A stretch of DNA of 64,000 nt from Cenarchaeum sp. (GCA_965212015.1 OZ243037.1:352001-416000), one strand, 5' to 3'. Counted from the stretch's first letter, positions 1 to 9,338 are shown. Numbers and translations: made by a program. The notes: generated by a model not told the origin, from the sequence alone.

Positions 1-26
1 GGCAAACCGAATAAAGATTTCCATGC

Positions 27-233
27 CTAGTCAAAGGCTTCCTGCGAGCGTGCCTCCTCGAGATATGCGCGCCTCTCCTCGTTTATTTTTTCATGATCGA
101 CTTCTAGGCTGTCGTCCACTATAACAATGTCCGAGTCATAAATCGAGTCTTTTTTTGGCTTTTTTTTGGCCTTTGGTTTTGATGGTTTTTTTGTGGTTTT
201 AGCCGTCTTGGCCGGTTTTTTTTTAATCACCAA
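27..233 (-). CDS. Small hypothetical protein, Lys-rich N-terminus and acidic C-terminus
   Basis: 68 aa ORF with a low-complexity K/P/A N-terminus and an ordered acidic C-terminus (DSDIVIVDD...EERRAYLEEAR); AT-rich promoter-like sequence upstream. Confidence 0.6.
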   Translation of the reverse strand: MVIKKKPAKTAKTTKKPSKPKAKKKPKKDSIYDSDIVIVDDSLEVDHEKINEERRAYLEEARSQEAFD

Positions 234-709
234 TATCGGAAAAATAAAAGTACTGCATGTAATTAAACATTGTGTAGCATTTGTAGACGTGGCAAGCTCA
301 AGACAAATTGATCCAAACAGATCTGATTCTGCCCGGCCAAGGGCCTTTGGCAGTTACGGACTGCCGGCCAATCCCGCACGCCGGTATCTGCCGCAGGCTC
401 GGCTGCATTTTGAAATTCAAGAGGGGTTTATCTGAAAACGCCAGGCTAGTGCAATACGCACAATGGCCGGCAAAAACGCCTGCCACGCGGCGTCCGGGCA
501 GGTACGGAATCGGCAATCCTGGCCCTGCGATCTTGATTGCCTGCCCTTTGGCCTGCCGGCATTTCACTTTCCTGGCACACCGGTCCGAAGGGCATGCGTT
601 TGCGGCAAAGTCCGGATGTTTGGAATTACAGAAAATCGGCACGTCGTGCCTGCCAGAGGATTTAATCTAACGATATGTGACGGATAATAAAATAGAAAGT
701 GTTTTTCGT

Positions 710-1039
710 CTAGCCTCTGCCCTGTGCTGCGTATTTGCCGCTTTTGCCTCTGAGGAACAGTGCTCCTGCTATGCCTCCAAAGACAGCTCCTGCGATTGCA
801 GATGCGCCAAGTACTCCGTCTGCACCAAGAATTGGTGTGCCTGATCCAGACGAGGGGTTTGCTTCGGCTGCGTCGATTCGTCTTCTTGCAAGTTCGAGTG
901 TTTCTTCTAGTGTGTTTTGGCCGGTTTCCCCTGCGCCACCGACATTTCCCAAGTATTGTGCATAGGCAAATCCAATAAAGCCCAGACTGCCAAGGCCAAT
1001 CATGGCAAACAAACCTGCTAATAGTATTGATCTAATCAT
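710..1039 (-). CDS. amoZ: Probable archaeal ammonia monooxygenase accessory subunit AmoZ
   Basis: 109 aa with signal peptide (AYA|Q), a helical region and a C-terminal TM helix. Divergent from the putative amoY and close to amoB, matching the synteny I recall for Nitrosopumilaceae. The name rests on synteny and topology, not a search. Confidence 0.6.
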   Translation of the reverse strand: MIRSILLAGLFAMIGLGSLGFIGFAYAQYLGNVGGAGETGQNTLEETLELARRRIDAAEANPSSGSGTPILGADGVLGASAIAGAVFGGIAGALFLRGKSGKYAAQGRG

Positions 1040-1202
1040 ATCGTTTACCTGCTCAATTGAAACCTGTATAGTTATTTAACTTTTATTCTCTAAAAGGCGG
1101 TTTTTTGGCCATATTTTGAATCCTGACCGGTGTTTTTTCATACGGGGCGCGATCTGCGCCTAACAGAAATATATATATCGTACAGGATTAGTTGGTTTAA
1201 TC

Positions 1203-1472
1203 ATGATTCCCATATTGGGCACATTCCTAAGTATTTTGTCCTCACTCACAGGACAATTGGGACCAAACTATGACCCGTTATTCTACGATGTCATGATCTA
1301 CATCTTTGGCACCATAATGTTTACAGTATTCCTTCTCGGAATCATTGCATTCTGGCTGCGAGTCCACGGATGGGGATACAAGGACAATCGTGAAAGATGG
1401 ATTGATGAGCTTGACAGACACTTTGAGAGAGAAGGCATCGGTCTAATTCCAGACAACGGCAAGTATTGGTAA
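1203..1472 (+). CDS. amoY: Probable archaeal ammonia monooxygenase accessory subunit AmoY
   Basis: 89 aa single-TM protein (YDPLFYDVMIYIFG...FWLRVHGWGY) in the amo locus; TATA-like ATATATAT upstream and T-tract terminator downstream. Confidence 0.6.
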   Translation: MIPILGTFLSILSSLTGQLGPNYDPLFYDVMIYIFGTIMFTVFLLGIIAFWLRVHGWGYKDNRERWIDELDRHFEREGIGLIPDNGKYW

Positions 1473-1685
1473 ATTTCTCTTTTTTCATCATTTTTTTCTA
1501 GACTGGCCATTGGCAGTTACCTGCCGCACGACGGTTTTTGAGTGCAGGCCAGAGTCTGCGCCCGTGAGTGCTCTGAGCCAGCCTTTGGATGCTGCCGACT
1601 CGGGCACCGCTTTCTGGCACCGTACAATGGTGCGATTGCCGTATTGCGGAGGGATGTAAAGTCCGATGCCGGACCAGTCTTCGCT

Positions 1686-2198
1686 CTATGGAAGAAAGTC
1701 GGTGTCCTTTGAGTCGTCGTATGACTTTGAGGTAAACTCTGCAACATAGTGGCTTCCGTCAACTAGCGGCGCCCTTATGAAATCAGCGGACACCTGTCCG
1801 TCGACTGTGATCTTTGATTTGGATTCCTGCATGTCCCTTAACGGAAAGTCCCACCCCCAGAGAAAGTGGCCGATCTCAAACGGGTATCGCTCCTCCCACT
1901 TTGCGTGGATTGTGCCGTCATCAGTCAGGGTAAAGATGCTTCTCTGGCATCCGTCCTTGAACCCAATGTTTGCCGGGATGTCGGCCTTGTGGCCGTCCAC
2001 GATTACCTCCAGAGTCGCCTGTATCTCGTACGGCGTATGCCTGTCATTGATGCACACCTTGAGGGGATTGTCAATGTTGGCCCATTGCTGCAAAAGGGTG
2101 CTTGCGGCGGCCACCGAGATTCCAATCGCAGCCGTGATTATCAGAAATTTTAGGGTCTTTTTCCTTTTTCTTGGATCCCCCATTCCAGGCCAGAACAT
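1686..2198 (-). CDS. Membrane-anchored hypothetical protein downstream of amoB
   Basis: 170 aa; basic N-terminus, one TM helix, and a Cys pair (LKVC...DGC) in the exposed domain. Confidence 0.75.
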   Translation of the reverse strand: MFWPGMGDPRKRKKTLKFLIITAAIGISVAAASTLLQQWANIDNPLKVCINDRHTPYEIQATLEVIVDGHKADIPANIGFKDGCQRSIFTLTDDGTIHAKWEERYPFEIGHFLWGWDFPLRDMQESKSKITVDGQVSADFIRAPLVDGSHYVAEFTSKSYDDSKDTDFLP

Positions 2199-2403
2199 GC
2201 ATTGATTTATTCCGAATTCCTTAAAGTCGTTTCTATGCCCCCCGGCCCAAGAGTCCTGGCTGCGCCAGACAGTGCGGGCCTGAATGCCTCCTGTCCTGGG
2301 ACGTGCGAGCCGCCGGCAGCACCGTTTGCCATGGGACGCGGGCCGGCTGGCATGCGCAGAACAGACGGTGCGGCATACAAATAAAATGAAAAGGAAAAGG
2401 GGG

Positions 2404-2973
2404 TTAGATTACTTGCCAGGGTCTGGTTGCGAATGTGATAACATAGCCAACACCGATTATGATTGACTGGTATGCGATGTTTGTGTATGGTATCTCTTTT
2501 AGTATGTATTCGCCATCGACTACAACTGTCTGTCCCGGTCCTAGACCTGGGCCTACTCCTGCAACATTAAGCTGGGTGTGTACATGATATACTCCCGGCT
2601 CTAGTGCTTTGGCACAGATTTGGTATGGGACTACGGAGTTTCCTGGAAGATCAAAGACGTTTCCTGGTGGGTCTCTAGTCAGAATCTCCCATCTGTTTCC
2701 AGCATTGGTGGATTCCGAAAAGATCGAGTTCCATGCTCGCAGATCCCTTTCTAGCAAACTGACAAACTTGCCATTAATGCAAAGGTTTTCACCAGTTTGT
2801 AGTGACTGCCTGTTGAAGAACTCGTCTTCAATGTTCACGAAACGACTTTGTAATTGTGCTTGTACACCGTGTGCTTCTGCAGCAGGCAATACGGACTCTA
2901 TCCAATTAAAGCCCATAGTTCCTAACGTAAGAATCACGCCGAGTCCAATTACTAGTATTTTTTTATCTCTCAT
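2404..2973 (-). CDS. amoB: Ammonia monooxygenase subunit B (archaeal)
   Basis: Signal peptide followed by HGVQAQLQSRF; YHVHTQLNV His motif; C-terminal TFATRPWQVI. Confidence 0.97.
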   Translation of the reverse strand: MRDKKILVIGLGVILTLGTMGFNWIESVLPAAEAHGVQAQLQSRFVNIEDEFFNRQSLQTGENLCINGKFVSLLERDLRAWNSIFSESTNAGNRWEILTRDPPGNVFDLPGNSVVPYQICAKALEPGVYHVHTQLNVAGVGPGLGPGQTVVVDGEYILKEIPYTNIAYQSIIIGVGYVITFATRPWQVI

Positions 2974-3056
2974 AGTTATCCCGTTATGATCAAAATGAAA
3001 ACATGGAACGTTATATATTTTGCTTTAATTCCCTATCGTGCCGTCTGACGGCTGTT

Positions 3057-3082
3057 GATTAACATCGATGATTAACATCGAT
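3057..3082. repeat. Tandem 13-bp direct repeat GATTAACATCGAT x2 in the amoB-amoC divergent promoter region
   Basis: Exact copies at 3057-3069 and 3070-3082. Confidence 0.8.
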
Positions 3083-3201
3083 ATTACTAAAATAAATATT
3101 GTAATTTTTATGATATTTTGTGGTAATATCGAGGATTTTTTCTGGAATTTATGATTAAATTACAAGGAAATTCATCAAAAATGGCATGCTTTGCGCCCTT
3201 A

Positions 3202-3210
3202 CTTTATATG
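3202..3210 (+). promoter_or_regulatory. TATA box of amoC (leaderless spacing)
   Basis: CTTTATATG ends 22 nt upstream of the ATG at 3233. Confidence 0.6.
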
Positions 3211-3232
3211 CCAAACAATGAGTAAGGTTGTC

Positions 3233-3796
3233 ATGGCACAAATGCCGGCATTAATCCCAAAAGAAGTTGAGATACAGAGATTGAAAAAGATCTGGCTCAT
3301 CGTCATTGCTATGGGTTCAACTGCTGCATCAGTCGAAGTCGACAACTTCGTTGATGGTTCTTTGCACCAGACATCTATCAGGGACAGTGCATTCACACCA
3401 GCACACTGGTGGCTATACTCCCACTTTGTGGCTCTGCCACTAGGATGGGGTTCAGTCGCAATCTATGATAGACGAGTACCTATTCTCAGAGGTCCAAACA
3501 ATTCGATGAACACTGGACTCAAGATGACCATTCTTGGTTACCTTGCAACAATGTTCACGATTGGAGTAAACGAGATGTGGCACTTTTGGTTTGTAGAGGA
3601 GATATTTGCAGTACCGAACCACTGGATGTTCAATATGGGAGTCGTTGTGGCCTTTATGGGCGCTCTAGCCTATGTGGTCAGAGTATATGCACGACTAGTT
3701 GAACTTGGTGCAGAAACACCAGGTGAAAACCCGTATGTTGCTGAAATGTACAAGATGGCCCTAGAAGGCAAACTGTACAGCAGATCAATCCCATAG
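3233..3796 (+). CDS. amoC: Ammonia monooxygenase subunit C (archaeal)
   Basis: MAQMPALIPKEVEIQRLKK...DGSLHQTSIRDSAFTPAH with the Asp/His metal-site residues; start reassigned to the ATG at 3233. Confidence 0.97.
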   Translation: MAQMPALIPKEVEIQRLKKIWLIVIAMGSTAASVEVDNFVDGSLHQTSIRDSAFTPAHWWLYSHFVALPLGWGSVAIYDRRVPILRGPNNSMNTGLKMTILGYLATMFTIGVNEMWHFWFVEEIFAVPNHWMFNMGVVVAFMGALAYVVRVYARLVELGAETPGENPYVAEMYKMALEGKLYSRSIP

Positions 3797-3820
3797 ACAA
3801 AACTGTGCGCAAGCACTTGT

Positions 3821-3843
3821 CTTTTTTTTATTTCGAGTTTTTT
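3821..3843 (+). terminator. Oligo-T archaeal terminator after amoC
   Basis: CTTTTTTTTATTTCGAGTTTTTT about 25 nt after the stop codon. Confidence 0.55.
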
Positions 3844-4619
3844 ACCAGTCCCCGCATTATAGAATCGGAGGGCAGGCCCGTGGCCGTCCTGCCGCACACG
3901 GGTCCCCCATACACCAGGACACGTTTGTCAAACGTTCCGCAGGCAGCGGGGATTCCACGGATGCCCGATTGGCGGTGTTTTTCTGTCACGGCCTTTGCCG
4001 GGTGCCGGCATGGCGTCTTTGGGTTTTTGACGGATTATACCGGCCGGCAGGATCTGTCTGATGGCGCCTGGTTGTGGGGCAGACACATGCCGGCAACCCA
4101 AGCCGGGCCCGCAGGTCTGGCCAAGTTTCAGCTCGGGTGCCGGCAGCCGGTTCTCTGGGTTTGTGGCAGAATAGGTTTTTTCATCAGTGCCGTTTTTTGC
4201 CCGTAATTCCAGCTATGGGAAAAGCCCCATCCGAAAACGGCATTGGCTGGGGCGTAAAACCCGGCATGGGGATCCGGCGGCATTCGAGCTGTTTTTTTTT
4301 GCGTACAATCTGGCGCCTGCACATCTGTATTGCCGCCAGGCAGAATGCCCGGATTTGGCAGGCCCACAATCATGCCATCCAGAGGCCGACATGCCCTGGT
4401 GCCGTCACAACTGATGCCGTGCCGAATCAATGCCCGATCGCCGCCAATCCGGGTTTTGCCATTACGAATCCCCCTCTTCCACGGCAGGCCCATATGGGGT
4501 CCTGCCGCAACAAACTAGGCACGGGCATTTTGATGGCGACTTGTGCCTGAAGGGGGCATATGCCGATCTAACAGCCTGCTAAGAAAGACTTTAATATATT
4601 CGCCATCGTATAAACGCAA

Positions 4620-4982
4620 ATGACTCTTCCAAAAGGATTTGGATCGGGCGGTGCCGGTGGAGCAGGTGCAGCTGATGTTGAAAAAATGATCGGCCGTCGT
4701 GTGGAAAACATGACTGGCATAATCACGATTTCATACATTGCAGCATGGCTGGCCACTTTTGGCGGTACTGCAGCAGGATACTTCTATTATCCGTGGGCAT
4801 ATCCAACCCCAAGCGGTCACTATGCCTTTATCGTCTTGACCATAGTCGAGGCAATTGGATACCTCTTTTGCGTCAAAGTCTCAGAAGAGGGATCTACAAA
4901 AAAGAGCAATGGCATAATCGGTGCAACCCTAGGCGGTACGGCAATAGGTACCATCATAATCGCACTATACGTGGGCAACTAG
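4620..4982 (+). CDS. amoX: Ammonia monooxygenase subunit X
   Basis: MTLPKGFG...GRRVENMTG...GYFYYPWAYPTPSGHYAF; three TM helices; located between amoC and amoA. Confidence 0.92.
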   Translation: MTLPKGFGSGGAGGAGAADVEKMIGRRVENMTGIITISYIAAWLATFGGTAAGYFYYPWAYPTPSGHYAFIVLTIVEAIGYLFCVKVSEEGSTKKSNGIIGATLGGTAIGTIIIALYVGN

Positions 4983-5130
4983 CATAATTCCGCTCATTTT
5001 TCTATTTTTCAACCTAAAACCCCATATGCGATCATTTCAGGCACGGCCGTATCCTGCGATCAAGGGCGAATTTCACGCTATTGGCGTCTTTCTGGCAGGA
5101 CAGGCAACGCGTCATTCTAGACATATAAAA

Positions 5131-5139
5131 TTTTATATA
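5131..5139 (+). promoter_or_regulatory. TATA box of amoA
   Basis: TTTTATATA ends 23 nt upstream of the ATG at 5163. Confidence 0.6.
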
Positions 5140-5162
5140 CCGACCCTATTCTCTACTGAATA

Positions 5163-5813
5163 ATGGTCTGGCTTAGACGATGTACTCACTACTTGTTCAT
5201 TATAGTAGTAGCAGTAAATTCGACCCTGTTGACAATTAACGCGGGAGACTATATCTTCTATACTGACTGGGCCTGGACATCATATACGGTATTTTCAATA
5301 TCGCAGACGTTGATGCTTGTTGTAGGTGCAACATACTACCTGACATTTACGGGTGTTCCAGGAACCGCAACGTATTACGCGTTGATTATGACAGTGTATA
5401 CGTGGGTGGCCAAAGGTGCATGGTTTGCACTGGGTTATCCATACGACTTCATTGTAACGCCAGTATGGCTTCCATCAGCAATGCTGTTGGACTTGGCATA
5501 TTGGGCCACAAAGAGAAACAAGCATTCGCTGATTCTGTTTGGTGGCGTGTTAGTTGGAATGTCATTACCACTGTTCAACATGGTCAACTTGATAACGGTA
5601 GCAGACCCACTAGAAACGGCGTTCAAATATCCGAGACCGACACTACCGCCATACATGACGCCGATTGAACCGCAGGTAGGCAAGTTCTACAACAGCCCGG
5701 TAGCACTGGGTGCGGGAGCTGGCGCAGTTTTGTCAGTGACAATGGCAGCGTTAGGTGTAAAGCTCAACACGTGGACGTACAGATGGATGGCCGCCTGGTC
5801 AAAGTGGGACTAA
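5163..5813 (+). CDS. amoA: Ammonia monooxygenase subunit A (archaeal)
   Basis: 216 aa, MVWLRRCTHYLF...YTDWAWTS...WTYRWMAAWSKWD: the canonical archaeal AmoA sequence. Confidence 0.99.
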   Translation: MVWLRRCTHYLFIIVVAVNSTLLTINAGDYIFYTDWAWTSYTVFSISQTLMLVVGATYYLTFTGVPGTATYYALIMTVYTWVAKGAWFALGYPYDFIVTPVWLPSAMLLDLAYWATKRNKHSLILFGGVLVGMSLPLFNMVNLITVADPLETAFKYPRPTLPPYMTPIEPQVGKFYNSPVALGAGAGAVLSVTMAALGVKLNTWTYRWMAAWSKWD

Positions 5814-5929
5814 AACCAAAAACCCCTTTTTTCATTTTATTATCTGTTCCCTAGTGTTTTCTAGTCACGATTTTTCAACAAAAAAAAATCATAGCTGGAT
5901 CAATTTTTTTTGATCCTTGCGCTCATGAG

Positions 5930-6808
5930 ATGTTTTTACATTATTCACTATTGAGACAGCACTATAGACAGATAGAAAAGACGGCAAAGCCCTTTGTAAA
6001 ATGGGCCGGGGGGAAAAGGCAGCTGGTGCCGGCAATTGAGCCGTATTTCCCTCAAAAGTTTGGCGGCTATTTTGAACCGTTTTTGGGCGGCGGCGCGATC
6101 CTGTTTCACATCCTGTCCCAAAACCCGAATCAGAAATGCACCATCTCCGATCTCAACTCCGACCTGGTTTTGGCGTACGTCACCGTCAGGGACAGGGTGG
6201 AGGATCTAATAGACGCCCTCAAGGGCCATTCAAAAAAATACCTTGCCGACAAGTCATCCTACTATTACCGGGTCCGGGGAAAAGAGCCGACAGGCCAGAT
6301 CTCAAAGTGCTCCAGGCTGATCTTTCTTAATCATACGTGTTTTAATGGCCTGTACCGGGTAAACAGCAAAGGAAAATTCAACGTGCCGCTGGGCCGCTAT
6401 TCGAATCCCAACATAGTCAACGAGGACAACCTCCGGTCAGTAAGCAAAATCCTGCAGTCAAAAAACATCGATATCAGGTGCAGTGATTTCTCGGCAATTA
6501 CGGATGGCGCAAAAAAGGGCGATTTCGCATACTTTGATCCGCCGTACCAGCCGACAAGCCCGACTGCCGCATTTACCAGCTATACTAGCCGCGATTTCGG
6601 CATGGACGATCTGGACAGGCTGGCAGGCGTCTGCAGGGATTTGGACTCTAGGGGGTGCAAGGTGGTGCTCTCGCATTCCAAGACAAAGGAGGCCAGTGGC
6701 ATGTTTGGGAGGCCCTGGAAGATTCTCGAGATCAGGGCAAACCGCGCAATCAACTCAAACTCCAAGAAAAGGACGGGACACACAGAACTGCTGATCAGGA
6801 ATTTCTAA
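5930..6808 (+). CDS. dam: Dam-family (D12 class) N6-adenine DNA methyltransferase, orphan
   Basis: KWAGGKRQL, FEPFLGGGA (motif I), FNGLYRVN and DPPY (motif IV); the true start may be the TTG at 5951. Confidence 0.9.
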   Translation: MFLHYSLLRQHYRQIEKTAKPFVKWAGGKRQLVPAIEPYFPQKFGGYFEPFLGGGAILFHILSQNPNQKCTISDLNSDLVLAYVTVRDRVEDLIDALKGHSKKYLADKSSYYYRVRGKEPTGQISKCSRLIFLNHTCFNGLYRVNSKGKFNVPLGRYSNPNIVNEDNLRSVSKILQSKNIDIRCSDFSAITDGAKKGDFAYFDPPYQPTSPTAAFTSYTSRDFGMDDLDRLAGVCRDLDSRGCKVVLSHSKTKEASGMFGRPWKILEIRANRAINSNSKKRTGHTELLIRNF

Positions 6809-6881
6809 GCTTCGAGCGGGATCCGAACCCGCGACCTTTACCTTACCAAGGTAACGCTCTACCAGGCTGAGCTATCGAAGC
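6808..6881 (-). tRNA. tRNA-Thr(GGT)
   Basis: Minus strand GCTTCGA...TTACC-TTGGTAA-GGTAA...GGTTCGGATCCC...TCGAAGC folds as a cloverleaf. Confidence 0.92.
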
Positions 6882-6973
6882 ATGGGAATCTGCCGTAGAA
6901 AATACTTATAATCCTTGGTTATGGATTCCGGGCCTCTAAACTGTTAAATTTCACGCAATCCTGATATGGCTGC

Positions 6974-7093
6974 GGAGGAGTAATCAAGCCTGGCCAAAGT
7001 AAGCAATTCTGCTTTTGGACATGCAGGACTTAAGATCATAAATGGGTGATCCTGTCTCTCAGGAGTTCGTGGGTTCAAATCCCACCTCCTCCA
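6974..7093 (+). tRNA. tRNA-Leu(TAA) with two introns (D-arm ~7000-7020; anticodon loop ~7035-7048)
   Basis: Acceptor stem GGAGGAG/CTCCTCC, T arm GTGGG-TTCAAAT-CCCAC, long variable arm, anticodon arm CAGGA-CTTAAG...A-TCCTG; the cloverleaf closes only after two inserts are removed. Confidence 0.8.
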
Positions 7094-7099
7094 CAGGGA

Positions 7100-7486
7100 T
7101 TATTTTGAGTGCCTTATTCCCTTGGAGTTGAGAATCTCGTAAACGTCCGGAAGCGAAAAGACAAACCCCACATGGACGCAGTCCTTTTCATCACACAGCT
7201 GGCAGTACAGCTCCCCCTTTTGGATTGCCACTTCTGCGATCCGGTCTTTGATATTGTCCTTTAGTATGACCCTGTCTGCGTCCACTGAAATCTTTGCAAG
7301 CTTGGGGGCGTATCTTGCAAAAGTCTTGTCCTTTTGCATCATTTCTTCTAGCATGTATGTGACGTATCCCGAAAAGCTGCTGACGCCTTTCATCATTAGT
7401 TCGTCCTTGTTTTTGCTATAAACGTCGTGGAATTTCTCATAAACTGATTCTGACAGCGTGATTGACTTGAATCCGGCTTTTGGCAT
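7100..7486 (-). CDS. Hypothetical protein with an RHH-like N-terminus and a C-terminal CxxC...CxH (SWIM-like) Zn motif
   Basis: MPKAGFKSITLSESVYEKF...LYCQLCDEKDCVHVGF. Confidence 0.8.
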   Translation of the reverse strand: MPKAGFKSITLSESVYEKFHDVYSKNKDELMMKGVSSFSGYVTYMLEEMMQKDKTFARYAPKLAKISVDADRVILKDNIKDRIAEVAIQKGELYCQLCDEKDCVHVGFVFSLPDVYEILNSKGIRHSK

Positions 7487-7593
7487 TTCTCTTACCGTAC
7501 ATTATGGTACGACAGTATATAAAAATTTTTGATTATGTTATTACCCGCATTCTGGGAAACTAGGCTTATACGGTGGCAGGCAATAGCATAGGC

Positions 7594-8487
7594 ATGGCAA
7601 GGGGGTATCAGGCTGAGGTGATAAAACGGGGGGTTTTGGACATGCTTGCAGAGTCAAAAACCGGCATGTCAGGAGTCGAGATCTCTGAGAAGATCGGAGT
7701 CAGCCGCGTCACAATGGCAAAATATCTCAAAGTCTTTGCAGCAGAGAGGATCATCAGGCAAAAAAAGATGGGAGGCACGACGGTGTGGCATATGGAGGAG
7801 GGCACCGAGCAGTTCAGGTTTCCCGACGATTATTTCCTGGCGCAAAAGAGCTATCAGGACGCATTGAAGGAATACTCGGAAGGCCGTGTCTGCGCCATAA
7901 TCCGCAACTGCGTATATTCGGGCGCCAGGGCCTCAAGGATTGCAACGGAGGTAATAATGCCCGCAGTGGTCCAGATGGACAAGCTGTACAATGACGGAAA
8001 AATCGGCGATTCTGAAAAAAGCCTTTTGGATCACATTGCATCAAGCTCGATTCACCTGCTGAGCCAGGCCCCGTGCGATGCCGATCCAAAAAAGAACGCA
8101 GTCTTTATCGCGGCCGAATCCGACAGTGTACTGCTTTGCGAGGCGGCCTCGGCCTCGTTTAAAAACGAGGGATGGAACGTCTCGATGCTAGGCGACATGT
8201 CAAAGTCAGTAGACGTAATCTTTGATCTGGACTTGCAGAAATTCCTGGGCAGGGTGTGGAGGCAGAAACCCGGAATAATGGAAATAGTGGTGTTTTCAAG
8301 GACGGAGCAGGGCCTGAATTTTTTTGCAGAGTCTGTGAATTCGGCCAAGGAAAAGATTAACGGGGACATTATGCTGGTCCTTTGCGGAAAAATCGGCAAA
8401 AAGACCCAGATCAAGGCGGATCTGATATCTGACGATCTTGGCGTGATTTTACAGTGGTCCCAGACCACCTATGAGAGCACGGCATGA
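7594..8487 (+). CDS. HTH transcriptional regulator with a cobalamin-binding-like cap and Rossmann domain
   Basis: N-terminal HTH (SGVEISEKIGVSRVTMAKYL); TEVIMPA...LYNDGKIG cap-like motif; GWNVSMLG. Confidence 0.75.
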   Translation: MARGYQAEVIKRGVLDMLAESKTGMSGVEISEKIGVSRVTMAKYLKVFAAERIIRQKKMGGTTVWHMEEGTEQFRFPDDYFLAQKSYQDALKEYSEGRVCAIIRNCVYSGARASRIATEVIMPAVVQMDKLYNDGKIGDSEKSLLDHIASSSIHLLSQAPCDADPKKNAVFIAAESDSVLLCEAASASFKNEGWNVSMLGDMSKSVDVIFDLDLQKFLGRVWRQKPGIMEIVVFSRTEQGLNFFAESVNSAKEKINGDIMLVLCGKIGKKTQIKADLISDDLGVILQWSQTTYESTA

Positions 8488-8509
8488 ACAGGCGGCCACC
8501 GCAAAAATG

Positions 8510-8597
8510 TGGGCCGAGTGAGATTCGAACTCACGACCTTTCGATGTCTGAATCAGTTTATCAGTCGAACGCTCCAGCCAAGCTGAGCTACCGGCCC
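8510..8597 (-). tRNA. tRNA-Ile(GAT) with an anticodon-loop intron
   Basis: Minus strand GGGCCGG...TTCGA-CTGATA[short intron]-TCGAA...GTTCGAATC...TCGGCCC. Confidence 0.88.
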
Positions 8598-8629
8598 CTG
8601 CAAAAATTCACGGTTGCAGTCATTTAAAT

Positions 8630-9184
8630 TTAATTTTCCGCCCATTTGATCGAACAGCCGATGGACGGCTCAAAATCCCTCTCGATTTTTCGTCCTTCCA
8701 GCAGCCCCGAAATGTTGGCAATCATGGTCTTTTCGGTGGCCGCATCCCCCGGTTTCATCGCGTCATCTATCCTTCCGTGGAACACCAGCCTTCCGGACCC
8801 GTCAAACAGGAACGGATCCGGGGTGCATACGGCCCCGTATTTTCTTGCGACATTCTGGGTCTCGTCAAACAGATAGTCAAATTTGATGCCCTTCTGGGAT
8901 GCCACGCTTTTCATGCTCTCAAAGCTGTCGTCGGGATACTTTGTGGCGTCGTTGCTGTTGATTCCGACGACTGCCACCCTGTCCTTGAATTTCTCGTGTA
9001 TCTCCTTTATGGCCCCGATTTTGGCCTTTACGTACGGGCAGTGGTTGCACATAAAGATCACCAGCAGGGCGTCATAGCCGTCATAGGCGCTCTTGGAGTG
9101 CCTTGCGCCATCGATTCCGGGCAGCTCAAAATCAGGCGCCTGATCGCCTGTCTGCAGCCTGATTTCTGACTCTAGCAGCACCAT
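8630..9184 (-). CDS. Thioredoxin-fold redoxin (AhpC/TSA family)
   Basis: APDFELPG, CNHCPYV, GAVCTPD and SIGCSIKW motifs. Confidence 0.9.
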   Translation of the reverse strand: MVLLESEIRLQTGDQAPDFELPGIDGARHSKSAYDGYDALLVIFMCNHCPYVKAKIGAIKEIHEKFKDRVAVVGINSNDATKYPDDSFESMKSVASQKGIKFDYLFDETQNVARKYGAVCTPDPFLFDGSGRLVFHGRIDDAMKPGDAATEKTMIANISGLLEGRKIERDFEPSIGCSIKWAEN

Positions 9185-9264
9185 AAATGGGGGGGCCGCG
9201 GCGCAAATAAAATCCTTGCCAAAAGGCGAACAATTAAAATCGGCACGTGCCGCATTTTTTTCGT

Positions 9265-9338
9265 GGGCTGATAGTATAGCCTGGTAGTATACCCGCCTTG
9301 CACGCGGGGGGTCAGGGGTTCAAATCCCCTTCAGTCCA
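9265..9338 (+). tRNA. tRNA-Ala(TGC)
   Basis: Acceptor stem GGGCTGA/TCAGTCC with the G3:U70 pair; anticodon arm CCCGC-CTTGCAC-GCGGG. Confidence 0.93.

Noticed and set aside
298-690. Overlapping 74-120 aa ORFs in a GC-rich spacer (similar cases at 3805-4550 and 18552-18797)
   Set aside because: No recognisable motifs, Cys/Arg/Pro-rich random-like composition and mutually overlapping frames.
9189-9195. G7 run upstream of the redoxin gene as another phase-variable promoter
   Set aside because: It is short, has the opposite polarity (C on the coding strand) and lacks the shared promoter motif.
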